Assembly (NCBI GenBank): GCA_964602865.1
Contig: CAZRSX010000001.1
Location: 19,940-83,939 of the forward strand
Length of the DNA stretch: 64,000 nucleotides
Source of the DNA: an uncultured Candidatus Saccharibacteria bacterium
GTDB taxonomy: Bacteria > Patescibacteriota > Saccharimonadia > Saccharimonadales > JAGQNJ01
Direction: 5' to 3'
Shown: piece after piece, positions 30,151-39,180 of the stretch
Layout: every line of letters begins with the position of its first letter
How positions within the stretch are numbered: the stretch's first letter is position 1
Notes under the pieces: generated by a model
Told to the model about the DNA's origin: nothing
Seen by the model: only the letters and a program-made list of their open reading frames with translations
Database searches by the model: none
Translations under genes and position numbers: made by a program

Positions 30151-30432
30151 ATGGGAAAACCAGAGTTCGAAAGCGAGCGAGAAGCTCAACAATTCAATGA
30201 AATAGTAGAAGCAGAACAAAGCCTGGATGACCAGGCTTTTTTGTTGCTCCAAAAACTAAAGATGCAAGGCGTGGATGTACCGCGTGAGGTAGCACAAGTT
30301 GCGGCACTGTTGCATGAATTAGACCCATACCCAGACAATCTTGGCGATAGAGGGTCTAGGGCAACAAAGATCACGAGTACATTCCCGCCAAACGATGACT
30401 TTGACGCACCTTGGTATCAGGGGCGAATATGA
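30151..30432 (+). CDS. hypothetical protein
   Basis: Trimmed to the ATG at 30151, preceded by GGGAGGAACT. Confidence 0.45.
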   Translation: MGKPEFESEREAQQFNEIVEAEQSLDDQAFLLLQKLKMQGVDVPREVAQVAALLHELDPYPDNLGDRGSRATKITSTFPPNDDFDAPWYQGRI

Positions 30433-30593
30433 GCAGTCCGGAGTCAGCTAAAAGACCGGACAACCAGTCTTTCTTTGATGCCATGACGGAAGGCATCATA
30501 AAAAAGGCACAGCTCATAGAACAAGAATTGAGTGAAGCTAGAGTTCGGTGGGAGCAAACAGATCAGGAGATGGCCGGCAACAAGGCGACGTAG
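30429..30593 (+). CDS. hypothetical small protein
   Basis: ATGA start/stop overlap with the previous gene. 54 aa. Confidence 0.35.
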   Translation: MSSPESAKRPDNQSFFDAMTEGIIKKAQLIEQELSEARVRWEQTDQEMAGNKAT

Positions 30594-30647
30594 TCTACGA
30601 CGATGACGGTCTGCCGGACTCATACTTCGGAGAATAAGGAGGAAATC

Positions 30648-31028
30648 ATGGAAATACCATTACACACGCAGCAAGCAATCGCCAAACAAGACGACAGTCA
30701 TCTGTTTGCGCGATATAACCAACTAGATGTTACCTATAGCAGTCGGCCGGAGACGTACTTCGAGGGTCATTACGACCAAGAAACCGGCCATCATATTCAT
30801 ACATCCGGATCCATACGAGTCAACGGATTACGAAACCCTACCGATAATAGCGCACCTCAAGACATCACCCTAGAAAAAAGAACCTATAGGGGGAGTGCTC
30901 GTTTGAGCGGCGGTATAGCAGTACGGTACCACGGGCACGAAATGTTCAGGGTTTGGGAAGACGGTGTTCAGCCACCGGAATGCACCGAATTAGCCCGGTT
31001 CATCATAGAGAATATAGAAAAAAGATGA
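30648..31028 (+). CDS. hypothetical protein
   Basis: Trimmed to the ATG at 30648, preceded by AAGGAGGAAATC. Confidence 0.45.
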   Translation: MEIPLHTQQAIAKQDDSHLFARYNQLDVTYSSRPETYFEGHYDQETGHHIHTSGSIRVNGLRNPTDNSAPQDITLEKRTYRGSARLSGGIAVRYHGHEMFRVWEDGVQPPECTELARFIIENIEKR

Positions 31029-31139
31029 CTGAGTAGTACGGAGAGCTCAGTTCTTCTGGATACTTGACCACGCGAACCAGAAAAACGACGGGTCCATATC
31101 AAAACCCGTGATCGAAGCGGTTTCGCTCACCACAGGCGT

Positions 31140-31412
31140 CTACTTGACAGCGACTTTGTGCAGGATGGACGCAGCAAAGGTCTGATAAGGGATGCCCTCG
31201 CCGGCAGCTTTTGCTTTGAGCTTATGTAAATCCCGCTCTGAAAGCCGTATGTTGATATTGCGGGTCTTATCAAGCGTGTTTTTGGCGTACTGCTGGAGTA
31301 GTTTCCGGCGCTTGGCAAGGTCCGGATCACTTTTGAGCACATCTTTATCGAGCGCAGCTTCAATAGCTTCAACTTCGCGCTGTTCCTGTTCGGTTAGATT
31401 GTAATATTTCAT
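31140..31412 (-). CDS. BrnA-like antitoxin
   Basis: 90 aa. C-terminal INIRLSERDLHKLKAKAAGEGIPYQTFAASILHK matches the BrnA pattern. 4-nt overlap with the upstream toxin gene. Confidence 0.7.
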   Translation of the reverse strand: MKYYNLTEQEQREVEAIEAALDKDVLKSDPDLAKRRKLLQQYAKNTLDKTRNINIRLSERDLHKLKAKAAGEGIPYQTFAASILHKVAVK

Positions 31413-31693
31413 TTCGGCCTCCTTTTTGATAAATATTTGCTGGTAAATTTTCTGCTGGGATAAATGGTTTTTAGAAATATCTTCTCGGTGTCTTCGACGC
31501 AGGGGACGAGGAACGCGTAGTCATCTAGTTCGACAACAAAGATTCTCTGCCCCTGATAAGATTTTTGATCCGGATGGACGATGTCGTCCAATAACTTGCC
31601 GGTATCGAGTGCGATCAGCACATCTTCGAAGCAAACATCGCGCTCGGCTTTTAGCCTGACATTCTTTAGCTCGCTCCAGTCGAAGTACTTCAC
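31409..31693 (-). CDS. BrnT-like (DUF497-type) toxin
   Basis: 94 aa. FDWSELKNVRLKAERDVCFEDV N-terminus. Paired with the BrnA-like gene. Confidence 0.6.
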   Translation of the reverse strand: MKYFDWSELKNVRLKAERDVCFEDVLIALDTGKLLDDIVHPDQKSYQGQRIFVVELDDYAFLVPCVEDTEKIFLKTIYPSRKFTSKYLSKRRPK

Positions 31694-31886
31694 TTGTGAA
31701 GTTTATGACAAAACATATTATTTGTCAATAATTTTATCTCTGAGTCTGAAGATCCTCGTTTCATATTCAAATACTCACGGCCGTGAGTATTTGAATATTG
31801 AATGTACAGAACTCGTGGCCTTCATCATCAAAAAACTAAAAGGATAAAAAAGAAAGCGAGGCTAAGAAAGAGAGCAAACGATTTGC

Positions 31887-32759
31887 TTAGAACTCCAGAG
31901 CTTTTTGGACCTTCTGAGCGCTCTCTGACGGCCTGAAATCGTCAAACCACAGGACATGCCAGCCCTTGCGCTGGGCGGCCATGAGATTGGCTCTATCGTC
32001 GTCTACCAGCAGTATTTCCTTGGCAGAGACACCTGTAGCTTGTTCGGCGGCATCATAGACGGCTTCTTCGGGCTTAATAGCACCGACCTCTGACGAATCA
32101 ATCACCGAAGTATATGGTACATCAGGAATCAGTCCTTGCGCTTTCATTTTGCCAATAAAGCCAGGCATGATGTTGCTGAGCAGCCCGATACGATAGTGCT
32201 CGCTGGCCCAGGTGAGTAGTTCGTGCATTTCCGGAATTGGGTCGACTTCCTCAAGATAATACGTTTCCCAGTCGATTGTTTTGACCCCCAGTTGCTTAGC
32301 GAGCGCCTGATTAAAGTCCGCCAGGTTCATCTCGCCCTTGCACACCGCATCGTTGTAGTGCCAGAAAGTCGTCTCGATAACGTCCGGCGAAGCACCAGTG
32401 TCTTCGGCAATGCGCGTAAACGCTCGGTGAAAAAAGCGTACCAAGCAGCCATTGATGTCAAAATAGACGAACTTCACGCCTTGCTTAGAAGTTTGTTTCG
32501 GCGTATCTGGAGTCAAAGCAGGGGTGCTACTGCGACCCAATAGCTCGTCCATCGAGGTACCAATGACGTCGGCAATGCTCAGGATAGTAAACACTGATGG
32601 CGCTTTGATGGCACCGCGTTCTATCTTGGCAAGTGTTGAATAGGATAGGGAAGCCTTGTGGCATAGCTCCTGCTGTGTCAAACCAGCGTTTTTGCGCGCT
32701 GCCTGCAGCTGTTTGCCCAGCGCCAGTTCAAGCCCAGAATCTTGTGCCGTGTCACCCAT
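31887..32759 (-). CDS. XRE-family HTH domain fused to a HAD-superfamily hydrolase
   Basis: Trimmed to MGDTAQD. LTQQELCHKASLSYSTLAKIERG is the HTH. VYFDINGCLV (HAD motif I-like, with N replacing the second Asp), LLSN, and VDDDRAN follow. Confidence 0.65.
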   Translation of the reverse strand: MGDTAQDSGLELALGKQLQAARKNAGLTQQELCHKASLSYSTLAKIERGAIKAPSVFTILSIADVIGTSMDELLGRSSTPALTPDTPKQTSKQGVKFVYFDINGCLVRFFHRAFTRIAEDTGASPDVIETTFWHYNDAVCKGEMNLADFNQALAKQLGVKTIDWETYYLEEVDPIPEMHELLTWASEHYRIGLLSNIMPGFIGKMKAQGLIPDVPYTSVIDSSEVGAIKPEEAVYDAAEQATGVSAKEILLVDDDRANLMAAQRKGWHVLWFDDFRPSESAQKVQKALEF

Positions 32760-32821
32760 TTGACCATATAGTACCAATTTGAGAGCAAAAATGGAAGAAA
32801 ATTAGTACTAAACGGCCAGTT

Positions 32822-32992
32822 TTATACGATAAACGAAAGGACGAGCAAAATGAGCAAAAACAGGATAAAGCCCCCGCCGGCTGCAACCGTGGCGGCACTG
32901 GTACTGTTGCCGCCGGTGCGGTTGTACATCTTAGAATAAATCCAGGTACCAGACCCGATACCGATGAGCAATGCGATAACAAAATTAGACAT
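32822..32992 (-). CDS. small hydrophobic protein (56 aa, not in ORF track)
   Basis: My translation: MSNFVIALLIGIGSGTWIYSKMYNRTGGNSTSAATVAAGGGFILFLLILLVLSFIV. Two hydrophobic segments. Lies directly downstream of the HIT gene on the same strand. Confidence 0.35.
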   Translation of the reverse strand: MSNFVIALLIGIGSGTWIYSKMYNRTGGNSTSAATVAAGGGFILFLLILLVLSFIV

Positions 32993-33001
32993 GCCCCTAT
33001 C

Positions 33002-33400
33002 TTACTCCGTAATCCGGATTTTTGCAGCTAGTTTTGCAAGTTCGTCGTGGTTTGGCTCTTGGCTCATGTCTTGCTCGACCTTCAGTTCACTGGCATGGTC
33101 AAAGGGGATGAGGTGCACGTGCGCATGCGGCACGTCAACGCCAACAATACGTTGGCTCACATACTTCGTCCTCATAACGTCGCGCAACCGCAACGCGACC
33201 TTTTTTGCGGTCCGCATCAAGGCATCGTAATCACTTGCTGGCAAATCCCAGACAAATTCAACCTGTCTTTTAGAAATAATCAGTGAGTGGCCCGGTTGCA
33301 GGGGGTAAATATCCAAAAAAGCCAGCGTGCGATCATCTTCGTAGATTTTGTGGCAAGGGATTTCACCCTTGATGATTTTTGTAAATATCGAATCTACCAT
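33002..33400 (-). CDS. HIT-family (histidine triad) protein
   Basis: 132 aa with the HAHVHLIP histidine triad. Confidence 0.9.
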   Translation of the reverse strand: MVDSIFTKIIKGEIPCHKIYEDDRTLAFLDIYPLQPGHSLIISKRQVEFVWDLPASDYDALMRTAKKVALRLRDVMRTKYVSQRIVGVDVPHAHVHLIPFDHASELKVEQDMSQEPNHDELAKLAAKIRITE

Positions 33401-33419
33401 AAGTACTATGATAGCAAAG

Positions 33420-33767
33420 CTAAAATAATTCCCAGCTTTCTTTCATGATTTGTCCGTATTCCTCTTCTGTCGGTTCACGATCGCTATGCACGACAATTAC
33501 ATCCGGTCCGTTGCCGCAGAAGCCGATACCGCTCGGGGGACTCCCAAGTGTACTCTGGCGAGGACAGACTTGTATAAAGTAGCCATCGCCCTCATATTCG
33601 TCAGGGAACCATCGCCCATCAACAAGAAGGCCAGAACAGTCATCAGGAAGCTGGCGTTCTGATGCTGGCTTATTCCTTTCACTACCCCATAGGTAGCCGT
33701 AACACACTTCGCACGATCCAGTACAATGAGGCGGGTTCTGGTCAATTTCTCCTGTGAACTCCATCAT
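33420..33767 (-). CDS. hypothetical Cys-rich protein
   Basis: 115 aa. Start overlaps the stop of the upstream gene by 4 nt. Confidence 0.45.
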   Translation of the reverse strand: MMEFTGEIDQNPPHCTGSCEVCYGYLWGSERNKPASERQLPDDCSGLLVDGRWFPDEYEGDGYFIQVCPRQSTLGSPPSGIGFCGNGPDVIVVHSDREPTEEEYGQIMKESWELF

Positions 33768-34315
33768 TTACCTCCAAGAGCTTGTAAGTAGTGTTCGGCG
33801 CCATCGGCAACACTGAGTCCGCAGTACACGCGCTCGTCCTCGGTTATCCGCCAAGGAGCTGGTTCATTGTGCGCCACTCTCACCTCTGTTCCTTCGGGTG
33901 CAATTGCTTGCGCAAACGCCAGCACAACCCGTCCGCAAACCTCACCTGTATCATTCCACTGAGCTGGCTCTGGCAAAACCTCTACCAGACGAGCGAGAAC
34001 ACCTTTGACGGCGGATCGAATTGTTTGGGCTTCGGCTCGATTATAGACATCCTGCTCGTAGCTCGCTTTGCTTGCAATTGTATCCGCCGCGACTTCCAGA
34101 GCGGGCAAGCAATCAAGTACTCGATACGCACCGCCAAACAGTACTCTCTGAGCTGAAGCGTAGTAAGAACTAATCCCCAGCGTATTCAGCGTGTCGTTCA
34201 TGGCCAATCCGTATGAACGTCGATCGTCGCACAGGCTTGATAGGGAAGCAGGGAAGTCTGCGACCAGACTTGTTTCGCCCCGGTTAAAGTAAACTGTTTC
34301 TAATAATTCACTCAT
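33764..34315 (-). CDS. hypothetical protein
   Basis: 183-aa ORF. Confidence 0.45.
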   Translation of the reverse strand: MSELLETVYFNRGETSLVADFPASLSSLCDDRRSYGLAMNDTLNTLGISSYYASAQRVLFGGAYRVLDCLPALEVAADTIASKASYEQDVYNRAEAQTIRSAVKGVLARLVEVLPEPAQWNDTGEVCGRVVLAFAQAIAPEGTEVRVAHNEPAPWRITEDERVYCGLSVADGAEHYLQALGGK

Positions 34316-34495
34316 GGTCTTTTACTCCTGAAATTTTGGGTAAAGCCGCATATTCGTACTCTTGCATCTGACATATTGTTTCCTTCATTACATTATCAGA
34401 ACTGGTGTAGTGTACAGTCAGTTCAATACAAAAACAATACAAATTGGCAACAAAAAATTGACACTTTTTAAGGAGTTTACTTATAATATTGGAGC

Positions 34496-35248
34496 ATGAA
34501 TGATGACATACAGTTTGTACTGATCGAACTAGGGCTGAGCCAGCACGCGGCCAAGACATACCTCGCGCTTTTGCAGCTGGAGACAGTTTCAATTCGTAAA
34601 GTTTCCGCCGTGACTGGCATCAATCGCGGCACAACCTACGAGGCAATCAAAGACCTGGTCGCCGCTGGGCTGGTGAGCGGCCACAAAACCGGGGAGCGGG
34701 AATATTACTCTGCCGAGTCTCCCGAGAAAATTTATGAACTCATCCGCGATAAACGCAAAGAGCTTATGGAGCACATGGAAACCGCCAAAGAAGCCGTACC
34801 AAAACTACTGGCGCAAAATGCCCGACCTGAGGGTCGACCACTGGTGCGCTATTACGAGGATGATGAGGGGGCTGTCACCATCCTCAAAGACGTGCTCCAG
34901 ACCTGTCGCCAGATGAACAAGCCATACTACTACGCCTACTCATCAAAGCCGATCCGCCAATACCTTTACCGCAAGTTTCCCAAGTTTACAGAGCGGCGTA
35001 TTAACGAGGGGATCCACGTAAAAGTTATTGCTATAGGCGAAGGTGGCGAAAAGGAAGAAAATTCGGAACGTAAATGGTTGCCGGAAAGCTACGACGGCGG
35101 GATCAGCAGCTATATGCTTATTTATGGATCGAAAGTTGCTCATATTTCTATTTCGAGCGATTTTACCCCCTATGGCGTGGTCATTGAGGACTGCGAAGCA
35201 GCAACCATGCAACGGTTGATCTTTAAGCGTTTGTGGCAGGATATATAG
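34496..35248 (+). CDS. TrmB-like winged-helix transcriptional regulator (paralog of 13891-14634)
   Basis: 250 aa. LGLSQHAAKTYLALLQLETVSIRKVSAVTGINRGTTYEAIKDLVAAGLV. Confidence 0.6.
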   Translation: MNDDIQFVLIELGLSQHAAKTYLALLQLETVSIRKVSAVTGINRGTTYEAIKDLVAAGLVSGHKTGEREYYSAESPEKIYELIRDKRKELMEHMETAKEAVPKLLAQNARPEGRPLVRYYEDDEGAVTILKDVLQTCRQMNKPYYYAYSSKPIRQYLYRKFPKFTERRINEGIHVKVIAIGEGGEKEENSERKWLPESYDGGISSYMLIYGSKVAHISISSDFTPYGVVIEDCEAATMQRLIFKRLWQDI

Positions 35249-35316
35249 GTGCATTCCTCTGATCTTCGGGTAGCGATGGCGACTCGCAAAACGGTACTGC
35301 TTGCGATACACTATTC

Positions 35317-36387
35317 GTGATGGAAGGGTTCAGAAAGTTTGGGCTGTGCTTAGCGGCGCTGATAGTAGGGCCGGCGGTCGTGACCGCAGTTGTGGCATTT
35401 TGTTTGATGCGTACCGTGGGCAGCCCGGATTACGTCAAGCAAACGTTCAACGAGATACGCTTGTATGAAGCAGTTGGGAATCAGCTTGCGTCTGGGGTGA
35501 CCGCATCGACCGAGGACGCCACCGTGCAAAGAGCGCTAGCCAGTGCTCTCACCGAAGAGCGGCTCAAAGTTGTTGTCGAACAGTCGGTTGATCAAGCCTA
35601 TGCAGTGCTGAACGGTGATATCCAGGCAAAAGAGTTCTCGGTCGACATCACCAAAGCAAAAGAAGAGTTTTTGCGTCATTTTGATAATGACCTGACCCAG
35701 CAGCTTACTCGCTTGCCGCCCTGCAACTTTGCGAACCTGCCGACCAGCACCGATGTGTTGTCGTATTCATGCCTGCCAACCGGAGCCGATATCAATATGA
35801 TCGTAGCCGAGGCGCAAAAGGAAGCGCTGGCGCAGAATGAGCTGCTCAACACCGGTGCAGTCAATATACATAACATCGATACGTCGCCAACAGATGAGAA
35901 TGCGCCGCCAACCGCCGACGACCTAGCGGCTAGCTTTCAGCAAGCCGCTGACATGTACCAGCTCAGCAAACTACTACTGCCTGTGTCCGCTGGATTTGCG
36001 TTGCTGTCTGCAGTCGGTGTTATAGTGCTCAGCCGTTCACGACTACGAGGAGTGCGGCGGGTTGGTGCCTTGGTCTTGGGCAACGCGCTTGTTTTGGCCG
36101 TGTTCGCCTTTATCGGCAGGGCCCTGGCGCAAAACTTCCCGATCAACAACGCCGAGGGCACGATCATGCCGGTCACTGCGTTTGAGCTGGCTGGTCAGCG
36201 CATAGCCATTGACCTTTTGACGATAACACTGAAACTCAGCCTGGTGCTGTTTATATTCGGGTTAGCGTTAGTGCTGCTCATGAGCGCTTTGATAACAAAA
36301 AATAAGCCAAAAGAAAGTGCTCCCGACGATACCCCCGTCCCACCAAACGAACCACCGATTGATCTTGAGCCGTCAGCCAAGCCCTAA
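35317..36387 (+). CDS. hypothetical membrane protein
   Basis: 356 aa. N-terminal helix plus about 3 C-terminal hydrophobic helices. Confidence 0.5.
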   Translation: MMEGFRKFGLCLAALIVGPAVVTAVVAFCLMRTVGSPDYVKQTFNEIRLYEAVGNQLASGVTASTEDATVQRALASALTEERLKVVVEQSVDQAYAVLNGDIQAKEFSVDITKAKEEFLRHFDNDLTQQLTRLPPCNFANLPTSTDVLSYSCLPTGADINMIVAEAQKEALAQNELLNTGAVNIHNIDTSPTDENAPPTADDLAASFQQAADMYQLSKLLLPVSAGFALLSAVGVIVLSRSRLRGVRRVGALVLGNALVLAVFAFIGRALAQNFPINNAEGTIMPVTAFELAGQRIAIDLLTITLKLSLVLFIFGLALVLLMSALITKNKPKESAPDDTPVPPNEPPIDLEPSAKP

Positions 36388-36530
36388 GATGGTCCGCCAA
36401 GGGTACAAAAGCTTGTATTTAAGGAGTATAGTATAAGCAGAAGAGATGTGGCCCCCGATCATGATAAAGAAAGGAGCTATCAACTTAATGGGGATCCGAG
36501 TCCTTCGATAAACTTAACCAGGAGGATACT

Positions 36531-36932
36531 ATGGTAAAACAGAATAATAATGAGAGCGGTTGGATGGGATGGATAGGCTTTGCGGCAATTATGTTGGCAC
36601 TCATTGGAATTTTTCATATGATAGCGGGGTTTGTTGGTCTGTTTCAGCAAGATGTATACACGGTTACAGCAAACGCTGTATGGCTCTTTGACTACAGTCA
36701 ATGGGGATGGATCCATATTTTTGGAGGTCTATTAGCATTTCTGGCGGCAGGCTCTCTTGCTCAAGGGCATATGTATGGACGAATTATCGCTGTACTAGTT
36801 GCAGTGGCTAGCGTGGTTGCCAATATGGCATTCGTACCCATATATCCTATCTGGTCTTTGATGATGGTTACGGTCGGAGTGCTCGTTATTTGGGCTGTTA
36901 TGATCCACGGCGGTGAACTTAAGGAAGGCTGA
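36531..36932 (+). CDS. hypothetical 4-TM membrane protein
   Basis: 133 aa. RBS AGGAGGATACTATG. Confidence 0.55.
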   Translation: MVKQNNNESGWMGWIGFAAIMLALIGIFHMIAGFVGLFQQDVYTVTANAVWLFDYSQWGWIHIFGGLLAFLAAGSLAQGHMYGRIIAVLVAVASVVANMAFVPIYPIWSLMMVTVGVLVIWAVMIHGGELKEG

Positions 36933-36986
36933 GTTTCTAATCGGTAGCCGGAAGACGCCGGCATCAACGCCAGGAGGAAGAGAAAC

Positions 36987-37038
36987 GAAGAACCCGGCCC
37001 CTTTCGAGGGCCGGGTTTCTAACGTCGCGCTTTTGGCG
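36987..37038. repeat. repeat A (52 nt), a perfect inverted copy of 61188-61239. Contains a GC-rich hairpin and ends in the TTTTGGCG core
   Basis: GAAGAACCCGGCCCCTTTCGAGGGCCGGGTTTCTAACGTCGCGCTTTTGGCG. Its reverse complement is identical to 61188-61239. Confidence 0.95.
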
Positions 37039-37182
37039 CAATTCTACAACCGCGCTCGAACCTATTTTAGCCTGGAAGCCTGAGAAGTCTCGCCTCCCAA
37101 AAACCACACCTTTTGATTTGTTTTTTTGAGAGATCTCCCGGCTGAGATTCTTAGAAGTTGAAAAAGGTGGTTGGGTTTTTGG
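37031..37182. repeat. repeat B, left copy (~150 nt), inverted relative to 40861-41010
   Basis: 37031-37170 is the exact reverse complement of 40871-41010 (140 nt). The outer ~10 nt differ by a 2-nt indel. Confidence 0.95.
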
Positions 37183-37289
37183 ATTCGCGAAATTTTTTAT
37201 GCAGTCCGTAGACCCGTACCTAAGCAGCAACAAGAATAGTCGATGAATAGGCACCCCTACAGATGCGCGTTTCTAGTGAGCTACGGTTA

Positions 37290-37598
37290 TCAATGTAACT
37301 TAATCTCTGTTTTATTCTCAGCAAAATCATGGAGTACTGCGCCGAGGAGTGTCTGATAGGGTATATTACCGCGCTTTGCTTTTGCCTTTATCTTAATGAG
37401 GTCAGCTTGCTTAACACGCAAAGTAACGGGCTTGCTGGTCTGTAACTCGATATGACGTTTTGCGGCTGCTTCAGCTTGTTTCTTTACCGCTTCAAAGTTA
37501 TCGACAGATTCAAATTCACCTCGTTCCAGAGCATTCTCAAGAGCTTGCTCTTCATCATCTAGAACTAGGTTGGTGTAGGGGTTGAATGTATCACTCAT
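37290..37598 (-). CDS. BrnA-like antitoxin (second copy)
   Basis: 102 aa. VTLRVKQADLIKIKAKAKRGNIPYQTLLGAVLHD. Confidence 0.7.
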   Translation of the reverse strand: MSDTFNPYTNLVLDDEEQALENALERGEFESVDNFEAVKKQAEAAAKRHIELQTSKPVTLRVKQADLIKIKAKAKRGNIPYQTLLGAVLHDFAENKTEIKLH

Positions 37599-37881
37599 GA
37601 TTATCTCCTTGAATATATTTACGTTTTAAAACTCTACTGGGATAGGCTGTTTTTAGGAAAACTTCTTTAGTCTTAGGATTGATGACATAAGGAACTGCAT
37701 AAACGTAGGTGCGGATACGCACCACGTATACTCGCTGATGAGGATATTTTTGATTTGGATGGGTAATATCGTCAAGTAAGTTACCGGCTTTGATAGCCAA
37801 GATAATCTCATCAAACCCAACACCTCGCATAGCTTTTAATAATTGATTCTTTTCTTCGTTGAAAGATATATCAAAAGCCAT
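37591..37881 (-). CDS. BrnT-like toxin (second copy)
   Basis: 96 aa. Shares LLDDIxHPxQKxYxxQRxxVV...FLKTxYPSR with 31409-31693. 8-nt overlap with the antitoxin gene. Confidence 0.6.
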   Translation of the reverse strand: MAFDISFNEEKNQLLKAMRGVGFDEIILAIKAGNLLDDITHPNQKYPHQRVYVVRIRTYVYAVPYVINPKTKEVFLKTAYPSRVLKRKYIQGDNHE

Positions 37882-38234
37882 ACGTACATTATAGATAAGT
37901 GTACATCTATTGTCAATACACTTTTATTTTTTACCTTCCCTGATATAGGTAGGATTGACAGTATACCCCGATTATCTTAATTACTCCACCGACACCCAAG
38001 CTATCTTAGTTCTTTTTTCTCTATATCTTTCCTCTTTCTTTTCTCCCTCTCTTTCTATATAAATATAGAGGAGAAGATATGAAGCGAGTGATGGATGAGT
38101 ATGTGTAGATGTTTAGGTATAGTGAGTTATAGAGTTAACTGTGTTAGTGATGGTTTAGCTAGATATGTGAGTAATTTAGTTGGTAAATTTAATGTTAGTT
38201 TAGTGCATATTGGTAATGATCTGAAGGTAGGCAT

Positions 38235-39101
38235 ATGAGCAATTCTGAAGTTAATGAAGTTGGTAAGGTCAAGTACCGCAGGCCACTCAATTCTCAGCAG
38301 CTCAAAACCCTGCACCTACTGTATTGGTACCGTTTCTGCACAGCCAAGCAACTAGCTCGTTCGCTGGACAAATCCAGCCATAAAGCTATTCAAAACAAAC
38401 TCCAGATACTGGAAGCTCAGGAACTCATTGGCAAACGCTACGACAAACGCTACAAGCTGGCTGGACGAGCAGCCGAGTACTTCATTACGCCCAAAGGTGC
38501 CCGTGAGCTTGAAAAACTCAAGCCAGGTACAACGAATGAATGGGCAACCAAAAGCCTGTACAAGAACAAAACGGTGTCTGATGAATTCCTCAAACACTGT
38601 ATTACTGTTACTGAAACAGCTAAAAAGCTCCGAAACATATACGGTGGTGGGGATACGTTCCAAATCTTGCCGAAAAGCTATATGACACAGTACAGCTACT
38701 ACCCCAAATGGACACCAGACCTGCATCTTGAGATACCAAGCAGAGGCGACACACCCACCAAGCACTACTTTCTGGATATATGGGACGGTACCAAGCCGTT
38801 CTTTGTGAGTGTCAGAAAGACGAGGAACTACGTTAATTTCAAGGAAAGTGATGACTGGCAAGAGGACGAGCCATTCCCTGCAATCTTAGCTATCTGTGAA
38901 GATGAACGGAGTCAGAAGAAGCTGAACAGACAGATGAGGCGTATCTTAGACGAGCAGTGGGATGAGGAGTTAATCTTTGCTACCACTACCACAGAGAAGC
39001 TGCAGGAAGCCATAAAGCCCGCACACAAGGTTTGGAGCAAGGTACTTGCAGATGATAGCCCTGAGACAGTGAGCTTAAGGGGCTTGTCTAAGAACTTGTA
39101 A
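38235..39101 (+). CDS. replication-relaxation (Replic_Relax)-like winged-helix protein
   Basis: 288 aa. RPLNSQQLKTLHLLYWYRFCTAKQLARSL...LQILEAQELIGKRY resembles the N-terminal wHTH of that family. Assigned from memory of the family pattern. Confidence 0.45.
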   Translation: MSNSEVNEVGKVKYRRPLNSQQLKTLHLLYWYRFCTAKQLARSLDKSSHKAIQNKLQILEAQELIGKRYDKRYKLAGRAAEYFITPKGARELEKLKPGTTNEWATKSLYKNKTVSDEFLKHCITVTETAKKLRNIYGGGDTFQILPKSYMTQYSYYPKWTPDLHLEIPSRGDTPTKHYFLDIWDGTKPFFVSVRKTRNYVNFKESDDWQEDEPFPAILAICEDERSQKKLNRQMRRILDEQWDEELIFATTTTEKLQEAIKPAHKVWSKVLADDSPETVSLRGLSKNL

Positions 39102-39180
39102 CCAGCATGTGTCTGCCCCTGTTATTCTTGACAAACTAACAGATGTGTGCTAGTATATAGAATGTCAGGAAAAAACAAAG

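Noticed and set aside
36964-37254. ORFs inside the repeats: 36964-37254(-), 40912-41160(-), 40934-41143(+), 40971-41156(-), 42671-42889(-), 42688-42912(+)
   Set aside because: They share peptides only because they lie in inverted repeat copies or antisense to tRNA-Ser. The exception is the frame parallel to the LSR1 tail (40958-41158), which is reported as a fragment. None has independent coding support.
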